Shown in pieces: positions 26,342 through 34,976 of a DNA stretch of 64,000 nucleotides. The position numbers and the translations under genes are program-made. Position 1 is the stretch's first letter; every line of letters starts with the position of its first letter. Source of the DNA: an uncultured Rhodospirillales bacterium (GTDB lineage Bacteria; Pseudomonadota; Alphaproteobacteria; CACIAM-22H2). A model generated the notes under the pieces. The model saw only the letters and a program-made list of their open reading frames with translations, made no database searches and was not told the origin of the DNA. The stretch covers positions 128,621-192,620 of the forward strand of contig CALANV010000018.1 of the NCBI GenBank assembly GCA_937926175.1, written 5' to 3'.

Positions 26342-27999
26342 GCGGACCGCCCCACCTGTTGCGGAAGAGGTCTTCGCGTATGGCGTGCGGACACGCCGGC
26401 GCGCGTCGTCCACGACGCTGACCGAACCTCTTCCTCCCAGAATGCCAGAAACGCGCTACGGCCGAGGGCCGTTCGATCCGGCGGACCACCGGCTTCGGCC
26501 GCAAGCTGCCGATAGTCCGAGCGCGAATGGATGAGCCAGGCGAGTGCGGCAAGCGATGGCAATGTCGCGGCGTCCAGGCCGAGCCGCCTGGCGTACAAAG
26601 CCAGACACTCCGCGCGCACTCGCCCCGTGAAGCTGGCCGGATCGAGCGCCCGACGATATGACTCGCGAAGCCGCGCCGATGCCGTGTCGTACGGGACGCG
26701 GTCGAGTTCGCAGGCGAGATACGTAAGGAAATAGATCAGATCGAGACCGGGCAGGCCGTCGAGTTCCGCCGATTCCCAGTCGAGGACGACCAACTCGCCC
26801 TGCGAGTCGATCAGCACGTTCCAGGGCGAGAAATCGCGTTGCTCCACGATGACCGGCAACGGCCCCAGCGACGCAATCGCCGCGCGCGTCCGGCGAAGCA
26901 GGCCGTCATCGGCCACCGCGCCGAAGGCATCGGTGAAGTCGGCGAGCGCGGGTGCGGCGATGCGTTCGCGCCAGTCGGCGCTGGGCTGCCGCGCGGTGCG
27001 CTGCGCGAAATCGGCCAGCCACGTCGTCGCCTTCAGCGCTAGGTCGCGATAGTTACCACGATGGACGACGGCGTTCACGGGCGCGCCGAGCAGCGCAGTC
27101 TCGCCGAGGAGCGTGACGGCGCCCCGCTTCTCTTCGAATACGATCCGAGGGATGCCGGGAAACGCACCCGGATGCCGTGCATGAAGCGTCCTGAGGACGG
27201 TGGCTTCCCGTGCCAGGGCCGGGACGGCCTCCGGCACGCGCGGGAGCTTGATCGCCAGCCGGGGCCGTGGATCCGGCCCCGCGAAGACCAGGGCGACACA
27301 CTTGCTGATGCTGCGACGGCCCTCGGTCACCAAGAGACAGGAAAGACTCCGGGGTACTGGACCGAGCCCCCATACCGGCCAGCCCTCGCGCACACGGTCG
27401 AGCAAGGCCCGGCGTTCGAAAGACGCATCGAACGCCGAGTCCGGCGGCTTTCTGGCGATCGCGCAGACCGGGCGAAGCAGTTGCGCCCACCCGGCGATGG
27501 GCCAAAGGATTCGGCGCGCTGCCCTTCCGGCGCGACGAACCAGCGTGCGGCCGCCCCGCTGCAAATGCCGGAAGTGGCGCGGTGCGCCCCAGCGGTCGAG
27601 CGGGATCCAGAAGCGCGCCCGGGTCGGTGACGGCCACGGCCAAAAGCATGCGACGTCATCGAACCCGGCGGCCCTCAGCATGCCGCGAATGCGCCGCGGT
27701 CCGGCCGCGAACGGCGCGTGCCACTCCATATAACACCACGCGCCGGGTGCCAGTGTGCGTTGCGCAGCGCGCAGGGTCGAGACATCGGGATCGACCGCGA
27801 CCACCAGATCGCACGCGTCCCCGAGATTCGGGTCCGTCTTGATCCGGCCGGAGATCGAGGCGACCGCCTCACCCAAGAGGCCGCCGGCGAGGCAGAGGCT
27901 GCGAGCCGGCGCGGGATCCGGCAAAAGGAAACGCCAGTCCACGCGGCGCAGGCATGCGTTGCGATCCTCGACCCGCGGCAATTCATCCACGATCGGCAT
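26323..27999 (-). CDS. two-domain protein: N-terminal methyltransferase-like (degenerate) domain plus C-terminal APH/choline-kinase-type phosphotransferase domain
   Basis: 558 aa. The N-terminal part has SLCLAGGLLGEAV and DLVVAVDPDVSTLRAAQRTLAPGAWCYMEW (Rossmann methyltransferase-like). The C-terminal part has IVEQRDFSPWNVLIDSQGELVVLDWESAE (kinase catalytic-loop D..N plus DxE/DW metal motif). Confidence 0.6.
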   Translation of the reverse strand: MPIVDELPRVEDRNACLRRVDWRFLLPDPAPARSLCLAGGLLGEAVASISGRIKTDPNLGDACDLVVAVDPDVSTLRAAQRTLAPGAWCYMEWHAPFAAGPRRIRGMLRAAGFDDVACFWPWPSPTRARFWIPLDRWGAPRHFRHLQRGGRTLVRRAGRAARRILWPIAGWAQLLRPVCAIARKPPDSAFDASFERRALLDRVREGWPVWGLGPVPRSLSCLLVTEGRRSISKCVALVFAGPDPRPRLAIKLPRVPEAVPALAREATVLRTLHARHPGAFPGIPRIVFEEKRGAVTLLGETALLGAPVNAVVHRGNYRDLALKATTWLADFAQRTARQPSADWRERIAAPALADFTDAFGAVADDGLLRRTRAAIASLGPLPVIVEQRDFSPWNVLIDSQGELVVLDWESAELDGLPGLDLIYFLTYLACELDRVPYDTASARLRESYRRALDPASFTGRVRAECLALYARRLGLDAATLPSLAALAWLIHSRSDYRQLAAEAGGPPDRTALGRSAFLAFWEEEVRSASWTTRAGVSARHTRRPLPQQVGRSACTTRS

Positions 28000-29104
28000 T
28001 TCCTCCGCGCAAGCTCAGGACCTCGTCATAGATTTCGAACGTTTGCTTGCACATCGTTTCGGCCGAGAACTCCGCGGCGCGCGCCCGGGCGGCAGCCGCC
28101 AGTCGCGCCGCCAAGGCCGGTTCGGACAGCAACGTCCGGATCGCCTTCGCCAGGGCGGCGGGATCGGCGGGCGGCACGAGCAGACCGGTCTCGCCGTGGC
28201 GGATTGCTTCGTCGGTGCCGCCGACAGCGGTGGCGACGATGGGCTTTTGCGCCGCGGCAGCCTCCATGACCGAAAGTGGGTAGCCTTCGAACAGCGAGGG
28301 AAGAACGAACAGATCGCAGGCGGCAAGGAGCGCGGGAATGTCCTCGCGGTAGCCGAGAAACACGACCCGATCCGCCACCCCCAGCGCGCGGGCCTGCTCT
28401 TCCAGCTCGGCACGCAACGGACCGTCGCCGGCCAGCACGAACACGGCCTCGGGCACCATGGCGGCGGCTTTCAGGAGGTATTTGTGACCCTTCTGCTCGT
28501 CGAGGCGGGCCGGCGTCAGAATCAAAGACCGCGCCGATCCGCCCGACAGCATCGCGCGCAGTCTTTCATCGACGCGCCCCTCGAAGGCGCGCAGGGGAAT
28601 GCCGTTGCGGACGACGCGGATCTTCCGCGCCGGCACCTTCGAGACGTGCCACAGCCCGTGTGCCACCCAGTCCGACACGGCAAGAAACCGGTCGACGCCC
28701 TTCGAGATGACCTGCTGGACGAGACTGGGCGGGCACCGCTCAGGCCCGCCGAAAAGCTGCACGGTGGCCACCACCGCTGGCACGCGCGCAAGCACCGCGG
28801 CAGCCAGCCCGCGCCTGCAGGCCAGAGGCCAATTCAGGTGCGCGTGGAAGACGGACGGCCGCACCGTCCGCAGGACACGCCGAAGCTGGACGATGCCGGC
28901 GAGAGCGTCGCCCATGCGCGGCACGGGCCGCAGCTCGACGCCGTGCCGCTCGGCGTCCTTCAGCAGCGGCGCAAGACCTGGTGCCGGGTGATGAACGAGC
29001 ACCGGCCGCCAGCGATTGCGATCGAGACCGGCAAGCAACATCGCGGCGATCTGCTCCGCGCCACCGAAGGCCTGACCATCGACAAAATGGACGACCGTAC
29101 GCAT
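27983..29104 (-). CDS. glycosyltransferase family 4 (GT-B, Glycos_transf_1)
   Basis: 373 aa. C-terminal motif FVLPSLFEGYPLSVMEAAAAQKPIVATAVGGTDEAIRHGETGLLV, typical of the E-x7-E GT4 signature. Confidence 0.85.
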   Translation of the reverse strand: MRTVVHFVDGQAFGGAEQIAAMLLAGLDRNRWRPVLVHHPAPGLAPLLKDAERHGVELRPVPRMGDALAGIVQLRRVLRTVRPSVFHAHLNWPLACRRGLAAAVLARVPAVVATVQLFGGPERCPPSLVQQVISKGVDRFLAVSDWVAHGLWHVSKVPARKIRVVRNGIPLRAFEGRVDERLRAMLSGGSARSLILTPARLDEQKGHKYLLKAAAMVPEAVFVLAGDGPLRAELEEQARALGVADRVVFLGYREDIPALLAACDLFVLPSLFEGYPLSVMEAAAAQKPIVATAVGGTDEAIRHGETGLLVPPADPAALAKAIRTLLSEPALAARLAAAARARAAEFSAETMCKQTFEIYDEVLSLRGGNADRG

Positions 29105-29116
29105 GGGCGGGCGTTC

Positions 29117-30121
29117 TCACGTCGTCCGGGGCAGAGCCGTCAGGCCCCGTCCGGTACGCCGGTTCGCCCGCAAGGCGGCGCGGACCCCCACCCAGTAGAA
29201 GTAATCGAGTGCCAGCCTGTAGATCGTGTTCAGGCCGGGCGGGCGACGCCGCTCCGCCCATTCGATCAGGCGGATCAGCGCCTCGGGCGTACCGCCCCAA
29301 AGCGCCTGCAGTCCGAGCAGACCGGAGCGAAGAAGGCGCCATTCGGGCGATGCGCGACGATAGGCGCCGAGCTGAAGGTCGGGCAGTACGGCCGGGTGCT
29401 TGCTGGCGAAGAGAACGGCGGTGCGCCCTTTCGCAATGTTGTCGCGGGCGAGCTGCGCGAATGTCTTCGTGTAATGCTGAAGGGCGATCGCATCGGGATC
29501 GTAGGCAAGGCGGATTCCGGCCTGTGCGAGACGCACCGACAGTTCCAGATCCTCGTTCCCGTAGATCGTGAACGCCTCGTCGAAGCCGCCGACGGCGAGC
29601 AACGCACGACGCGGGATCGAGCAGTTGCCGCCGTAGAAATCCCTGAGCGCGAGCTTGTGATCGGGCCGCGCCAGACGCTCGAGATGCCGATTGAATTTGT
29701 CGGCGATGTACCGGGTCGCGGGCGGTGATGCGTGATCGACCGGAATGGGTACTGCGCCCATCACGCAGCGGGGCGCATCCGCGTCCGCTGCATGCGCCCG
29801 AAGATGAGCGTCGAGGAATCCCGCCGTCGGCTCCATGTCGTCGTCCAGCAGCACCACCAGCTCAGCCTCGGCGAGGCCAATGCCGGCATTGCGTGCCGCA
29901 GCGCGCCCGCGATTGGGCTGCCAGAGCCAGCGAAGTCGATAGGGTGCGGGAAAGTGCGCGAGCATTTCCCGTGTCCCATCCTCGGAACCGTCCACCACCA
30001 CGACGACTTCGTACTGATCGGCCGGCAGGGTCTGGACAGCGAGCGCGCGCAATGCCCGCTCGACCGATGCACGGCGGCGATAGGTGGGAATGACGACGCT
30101 GATCCGCGGCGGAGCCGTCAT
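29117..30121 (-). CDS. glycosyltransferase family 2
   Basis: The start MTAPPRISVVIPTYRR (ATG 30121) is the classic GT2 N-terminus. VVVVDGSEDGT and LLDDD motifs are present. Confidence 0.85.
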   Translation of the reverse strand: MTAPPRISVVIPTYRRRASVERALRALAVQTLPADQYEVVVVVDGSEDGTREMLAHFPAPYRLRWLWQPNRGRAAARNAGIGLAEAELVVLLDDDMEPTAGFLDAHLRAHAADADAPRCVMGAVPIPVDHASPPATRYIADKFNRHLERLARPDHKLALRDFYGGNCSIPRRALLAVGGFDEAFTIYGNEDLELSVRLAQAGIRLAYDPDAIALQHYTKTFAQLARDNIAKGRTAVLFASKHPAVLPDLQLGAYRRASPEWRLLRSGLLGLQALWGGTPEALIRLIEWAERRRPPGLNTIYRLALDYFYWVGVRAALRANRRTGRGLTALPRTT

Positions 30122-30354
30122 GGCAGTGCCCTTTTCCTTCGCCGCGGGACTTCCCATCGCCGCGGAACGGGGCGCACCGGCTCGACGCCGCCGCGACCAG
30201 CGTCGTCAAACGCGACCAGCGGACAGCCCGCGCGCGCCGACCGCTTCGTCCGCGTCGCACGGCGAACCGGCATGACGACACCCACCATGGTTCGACGCCG
30301 ACATGGATCGAAGCGTTTCAAACCGCCCCCTCAAACTGGCTCACGCCACCGACC

Positions 30355-30391
30355 GTTCGCCAGACATCGACCGTTCGCCAGCGTTCGCCAG
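30355..30391. repeat. three direct copies of CGTTCGCCAG in the leader of the polysaccharide cluster
   Basis: Copies at 30355, 30373 and 30382. The larger unit CGACCGTTCGCCAGACAT is partly duplicated. The repeats lie ~235-270 nt upstream of the GT2 start at 30121. Confidence 0.8.
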
Positions 30392-30934
30392 ACATCCCGC
30401 CCGTCACCGGACACGTCGACAATCACGCGGCGTGCGGTGGGAACGGACATGGCAACGATCGATCGTGTTTCTTCCCGAGCGGAATCGGACGAGCGATTCG
30501 CGCATGAAAGCCGCCGCGGCTCAATCGGACCGGTGGTAGCACCGCCGTCAATTTCGGATAGGATGCCTATCCCGGCGCTCGTCGGCGCCGCTCTCGCCCG
30601 CAATGTTGATGCGCATTCGACGCCTGACCGGTCTCACGCGCGGGCGATGGCAGTGCGACGATGCTCTTGATGAGGCGCCCCTGATGAACGGACGCATCTT
30701 CGTTCGCAAAATGCAGCGGTGCCCTCTGCCCTCACGGACACGAGCAGGCGCCGATCACAACGCGCGGACAAACTGCAAATCTTCCTGGATGCGGATGACC
30801 ACGGCGACGGTGGAACACGGGGACGCCGTGGCGACGAACATCGCTGACCGCCGACACACGCCCGCCTCGTCTTCATCGACAGCCATTCGGCCTTCACCGG
30901 CGCGGCCCGTGCGGACATGTCGTTAGATGGAGGA

Positions 30935-31009
30935 TGGTGCCGCAGGAGGGATTTGAACCCCCGACCCGCGCATTACGAATGCGCTGCTCTACCCCTGAGC
31001 TACTGCGGC
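30935..31009 (-). tRNA. tRNA-Thr (anticodon CGU)
   Basis: Reverse complement: GCCGCAG-TA-GCTC-AGGGGTA-GAGC-A-GCGCA-TTCGTAA-TGCGC-GGGTC-GGGGG-TTCAAAT-CCCTC-CTGCGGC-A-CCA. This is a full cloverleaf with a 7-bp acceptor stem, a TTC T-loop, anticodon CGT and an encoded CCA. Confidence 0.9.
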
Positions 31010-31155
31010 ATGCCGTGGGCGGGCGGAAAGTAGTGCCAACCGCCCGGTATCGCAAGCGTCAGATTGATTTCAGATGGGAACGCCGCCCCGGCCCGGCCAG
31101 AGGCAGGGCAGAAACCGGTGCCGGCCGGCCCGGTCCCGGGCCCGGCGCGGCCATA

Positions 31156-31743
31156 TCAGGCCGGCGCGCGTGCGGCAGCCGTGTTGCGGCCAAGCTCGGC
31201 GAGGTCGTTCCAGACCTGCTGATCGACCAGGCGGCCGTCCCTGACCGTGAAGCGGTCGATGAAGCGGATGCCGGCAAACGTCGTGCCGTCCGGCCATTCG
31301 CCCTCGAGCGTGCCGAAGCAGTAGACGACCGTGCCGTCGTCGGCCAGCGCCTCGTCGAACCGTTCGTAGACCTTCCGCACGGTGCGGTAGCGCGTCCGCG
31401 CCCAGGCGACGAGATCGGCGAGCGCCGTAAAACGCCGGGCCCCGGGAAAGGTCATGACGAAGCCGGGGGCGAGAAACGTCGCGGCCTTGTCGAGGTCGCG
31501 CGCCTCCGTCGCCGCGAGGAAGGCGCGCACCACGCCGACCGCGTCCGGCAGGGGCGGCCCCGGCCGGCGGCCGGACACGCCGCCCCGCATGTAGGACGAC
31601 GGCGCCACCTCGTTGATGATGATCGTCGTGCCGTCGAGCGGTGCCGCCATGGTCGCGCGGACGGCGCGGGTCAGCCGCCGCGCCAGCGCCTCGCGCGTCT
31701 CCGCATCGTAGCCTTCGAGCAATGTCACGCTGACGACCGGCAT
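31156..31743 (-). CDS. fusion protein: 4-oxalocrotonate tautomerase-family domain plus SnoaL/NTF2-like domain
   Basis: ATG 31743 gives MPVVSVTLLEGYDAETREALARRLTRAV (Pro1 tautomerase signature). This is followed by VVRAFLAATEARDLDKAATFLAPGFVMTFPG...FTVRDGRLVDQQVWND (NTF2-like). Confidence 0.65.
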   Translation of the reverse strand: MPVVSVTLLEGYDAETREALARRLTRAVRATMAAPLDGTTIIINEVAPSSYMRGGVSGRRPGPPLPDAVGVVRAFLAATEARDLDKAATFLAPGFVMTFPGARRFTALADLVAWARTRYRTVRKVYERFDEALADDGTVVYCFGTLEGEWPDGTTFAGIRFIDRFTVRDGRLVDQQVWNDLAELGRNTAAARAPA

Positions 31744-31787
31744 TTCCCTTCCCCCTCGGGCCGCCGCCACCGACGGCTGCCCGTCAA

Positions 31788-31807
31788 ATGATATATTCAT
31801 ATAGCAT
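31788..31807. promoter_or_regulatory. AT-rich imperfect palindrome in a divergent promoter region (operator candidate)
   Basis: ATGATATATTCATATAGCAT matches its own reverse complement at 16 of 20 positions. It is the most AT-rich spot between the tautomerase-fusion gene (start 31743) and the GntR gene (start 31859). Confidence 0.3.
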
Positions 31808-31858
31808 TTAGACGTTTTGCCGTGCTAGCTTCACCGTAATCAGACCGGTGATCCGCCC

Positions 31859-32734
31859 GTGCCGAACGTCGTTCGTCACCCCGCCCGCACGCAGGCCCGC
31901 GCCACGACGCGCCAGCCGCCCGCGCATGCCGGTACGGCACCGTCGCGGCCCGGTCCCGCGGCCGCCGCGACGGTCGATCCGCGGCTGCCGACCCCGCTCT
32001 ATCACCAGATCTATGTCCTGCTGCGCGAGCAGATCCTCTCCGGCGTCTACGGCGACCAGGCGATGGTCCCGACCGAACAGGAGCTGAGCCGCCGCTTCGG
32101 CGTGTCACGCATCACGGCCAAGCGCGCGCTGGACGAGCTTGCGGCCGAAGGCCTGGTCGTGCGGCGGCGGGGTCGCGGCACGAGCGTCGCCGGGCCGCTG
32201 CCGACGCGCCCCTACAACGCCAATCTCTCGGGCCTGCTCGAGAACCTGCTGATGATGGGGCTCAAGACGTCGGTCGAGATCCTCGAATTCGGCTACGTCA
32301 CGGCCCCGGACGACGTGCGCAGCGCGCTTTGCCTCGCCCCGGGCGCGGAGGTGCAGCGCGCCGTCCGCGTCCGCTCGCTCGACGGCGAGCCGCTTTCCTA
32401 CACGACCAGCTTCGTTCCCGCCGAGATCGGCCGCGCCTACGACCGCAAGGATCTGGCGACGAGTCCGCTTCTCGCCCTGCTCGAGCGCGCGGGAATCCTG
32501 ATCGGCAGCGCCGACCAGACGATCACCGCCACGCTCGCCGACACGGTCGTCGCACCGCGCCTCGGCGTGCGCGTCGGCTCGCCGCTTCTGTCCATCACGC
32601 GAACGGTGTTCGACCAGAACGGCCGGCCGGTCGAATACATCAACCTGCTGTACCGGCCCGACCGCTACCAATACCGCATGAAGCTGACGCGCGTTCAGGG
32701 CGCCGCCACCAAGATGTGGTCGCAGGCGGAATGA
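31859..32734 (+). CDS. GntR family transcriptional regulator, HutC/UTRA subfamily
   Basis: Winged-helix motif PLYHQIYVLLREQILSGVYGDQAMVPTEQELSRRFGVSRITAKRALDELAAEGLVVRRRGRGTSV plus a UTRA-like C-terminal half. The GTG start at 31859 is uncertain (a Pro/Ala-rich leader of ~45 aa). Confidence 0.8.
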   Translation: MPNVVRHPARTQARATTRQPPAHAGTAPSRPGPAAAATVDPRLPTPLYHQIYVLLREQILSGVYGDQAMVPTEQELSRRFGVSRITAKRALDELAAEGLVVRRRGRGTSVAGPLPTRPYNANLSGLLENLLMMGLKTSVEILEFGYVTAPDDVRSALCLAPGAEVQRAVRVRSLDGEPLSYTTSFVPAEIGRAYDRKDLATSPLLALLERAGILIGSADQTITATLADTVVAPRLGVRVGSPLLSITRTVFDQNGRPVEYINLLYRPDRYQYRMKLTRVQGAATKMWSQAE

Positions 32735-32787
32735 CGCGCAGGACACGAGGACCGATCGAACAATCGATCGAACAGAGGAGGAAAGCA

Positions 32788-34026
32788 ATGATGCGAAGGA
32801 CGAAGACGAATGTGACGCGTCGCCAGCTGCTCGCCGGGGCCGCCGCCGGTGCCGCGATCGGCACGCTCGGATTTCCGGCCGTGCTGCGCGCGCAAGTGCC
32901 GAGCGTGAAGGTCGGCATCCTGCACCCGGTGACGGGAGCGATCAGCTATTCCGGCACGCAGTCGCGCGCCGGCGCGCTGATCGCGATCGAGGAGATCAAC
33001 GCGGCCGGCGGCATCAAGGCGCTCGGCGGGGCCAAGATCGAACCGTTGCTCGCCGACGCGCAGTCGCGTCCCGACGTCGGCGCCGCCGAGATCGAGAAGC
33101 TGAACGAGGCCGGCGCCGTCGCGGTCATCGGTCCCTATGCCAGCGCGATCGCGATCGCCACCACCGCCGCCGCCGCGAAGCACAACCTGCCGCATCTCGT
33201 CGACGTCGGCGTCGCCGACCAGGTCGTCACCCGGGGACTGACCAATACGTTCCGCTTCGCGCCCGGCCTTGCCAAGACGGTCGAGACCGCGATCAACAAC
33301 CTGGTCAAGCTGAACGAGGCGGCCGGCAAGCCGGTCAAGACGGTGATGATCATCCACGAGGAGTCGGCCTTCGGCTCCGGCATGGCCAGCACGCTCAACG
33401 CCGAACTGCCGAAGCACGGCTTCGAGATCGTGGAGACGATCAAGCACGCCAACCCGACGCGCGACTTCTCCAACATCGTGCTGCGCGTGCAGGCGCGCAA
33501 GCCCGACCTGATCATCCCGTCGAACTACTACAACGAATATGTCCTGTTCGCGCGCGCGCTGCGGCAGCAGCGCGTCCAGACCAAGGGCATCTATTCGATC
33601 CTCGGCGGCGGCGCCTCGAGCTACAAGTTCGTCAAGGAGTTCCCGGACGCGGCGGCCTACGTGATGGACTGCAATCACTGGTTCGATCCGCGCAAGGCGC
33701 AGGCGCTCGCCCTCAAGGACAAGGTCGAGAAGCAGGGCCTGTTCTTCACCTACGAGGTGTTCCTCAACTACTGCAACGTCTATCTGCTGGCCGATGCCCT
33801 GGAGCGCGCGGCGTCGACGAAGCGCGAGGACATCATCGCCGCGCTCGCGAGCAGCACGTGGGACAAGCACATCATGCCCTACGGGCCGACCAAGTTCGTC
33901 AACGGACAGAACGAGGGCGCCCAGCCGGTGAACACGCAGGTGCTGGACAACGACATCAAGGTGATCTTCCCGCTCGAGTTCGCCTCGGCGAACGCCGTGT
34001 TCCCGGTGCCCGAGCGGAAGGGCTGA
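32788..34026 (+). CDS. ABC transporter substrate-binding protein, Leu/Ile/Val-binding family, Tat-type signal
   Basis: ATG 32788 follows AGGAGGA. MMRRTKTNVTRRQLLAGAAAGAAIGTLGFPAVLRAQ is followed by VKVGILHPVTGAISYSG. Confidence 0.85.
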   Translation: MMRRTKTNVTRRQLLAGAAAGAAIGTLGFPAVLRAQVPSVKVGILHPVTGAISYSGTQSRAGALIAIEEINAAGGIKALGGAKIEPLLADAQSRPDVGAAEIEKLNEAGAVAVIGPYASAIAIATTAAAAKHNLPHLVDVGVADQVVTRGLTNTFRFAPGLAKTVETAINNLVKLNEAAGKPVKTVMIIHEESAFGSGMASTLNAELPKHGFEIVETIKHANPTRDFSNIVLRVQARKPDLIIPSNYYNEYVLFARALRQQRVQTKGIYSILGGGASSYKFVKEFPDAAAYVMDCNHWFDPRKAQALALKDKVEKQGLFFTYEVFLNYCNVYLLADALERAASTKREDIIAALASSTWDKHIMPYGPTKFVNGQNEGAQPVNTQVLDNDIKVIFPLEFASANAVFPVPERKG

Positions 34027-34100
34027 GTCCGTCCCGGCGTCGAGGCTCGTCCCCCGCCGCGGCGGCAGGGACGGGCCGAGGCGCCGCAAAGAATCCGCAC

Positions 34101-34976
34101 ATGCTCGAGCTCACGATCCTTCTTCCCGCGCTGATCAACGGCCTTACGCTCGGGGCCGTCTATGCCCTCGTCGCGCTGGGGCTGACGCTGATCTACGGCG
34201 TGCTGCACATCATCAACTTCGCCCACGGCAGCCTGCTGATGGCGGCGCTCTACGGCGTCTTCTTCCTGAACACCGGTCTCGGCATCGATCCCTACGCGGC
34301 GATCGTCGTCATGGTGCCGGCGCTGTTCGCCGCGGGCTACGTTCTGCAGCGCAGCGTGATCGGCAAGGCGAGCCACGGCAAGGACCAGAACGTGCTGCTG
34401 GTCACGCTCGGCATCGCGATCGTGATCGAGAACCTCGCGCTGGCGCTGTTCAGCGCCGACACGCGCACGATCGACACGCCCTATGCGTTCGAGATGGTCG
34501 ATCTGGGCATCGCCTTCGTGCCGCTGCCGCGGGTCATCGCCTTCATCGCAGCACTGGCGGTCACCGCCGTGCTCTGGTTCATCATCGCGCGCACGGACTT
34601 GGGCCGCGCCATCCGCGCCGTCGCCAAGGAGCGGCAGGGTGCGAGACTCGTCGGCATCGACGTCGACCACATCTTCGCCATGAGCTTCGGCATCGGCACG
34701 GCGTGCCTGGGGGCTGCGGCCTGTCTGCTGCTGCCGACCTTCTACGTGTCGCCGGGCGTGGGACACGTCTTCGTGCTGATCGCCTTCACCGTCGTCGTGC
34801 TGGGCGGCATGGGCAGCTTCGTCGGCGCGCTCGTCGGCGGATTCATCATCGGCGTCACCGAATCGCTCGGCGGCCTGCTCCTGGGCGAGTCGCTGGGCCA
34901 GATCGGGATCTTCCTGATCTTCATCGCCATCCTGCTGCTTCGCCCGACCGGCCTGTTCGGGAGCCGCCTGTCATGA
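34101..34976 (+). CDS. ABC permease (LivH family)
   Basis: In-frame ATG 34101 gives MLELTILLPALINGLTLGAVYALVALGLTLIYGVLHIINFAHGS. Confidence 0.85.
   Translation: MLELTILLPALINGLTLGAVYALVALGLTLIYGVLHIINFAHGSLLMAALYGVFFLNTGLGIDPYAAIVVMVPALFAAGYVLQRSVIGKASHGKDQNVLLVTLGIAIVIENLALALFSADTRTIDTPYAFEMVDLGIAFVPLPRVIAFIAALAVTAVLWFIIARTDLGRAIRAVAKERQGARLVGIDVDHIFAMSFGIGTACLGAAACLLLPTFYVSPGVGHVFVLIAFTVVVLGGMGSFVGALVGGFIIGVTESLGGLLLGESLGQIGIFLIFIAILLLRPTGLFGSRLS

Noticed and set aside
21903-30934. Clear-cut genomic island integrated at tRNA-Thr
   Set aside because: I found no integrase, transposase or excisionase, and no direct repeat of the tRNA 3' end at the far side by eye. Base composition looks similar to the flanks. 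I retained this only as a weak hypothesis under the leader-region finding.
30122-30934. Small ORFs in the long leader (for example 30331-30603 minus, 30603-30926 plus, 30634-30918 minus)
   Set aside because: They have no SD motifs, Arg/Ser/Ala-rich low-complexity translations and mutual overlaps. I cannot support any of them as coding.
30934-31791. 285-aa plus-strand ORF
   Set aside because: It starts inside the tRNA-Thr gene and is antisense to the tautomerase-NTF2 fusion gene. Its translation is Arg/Gly/Pro-rich with no motif.
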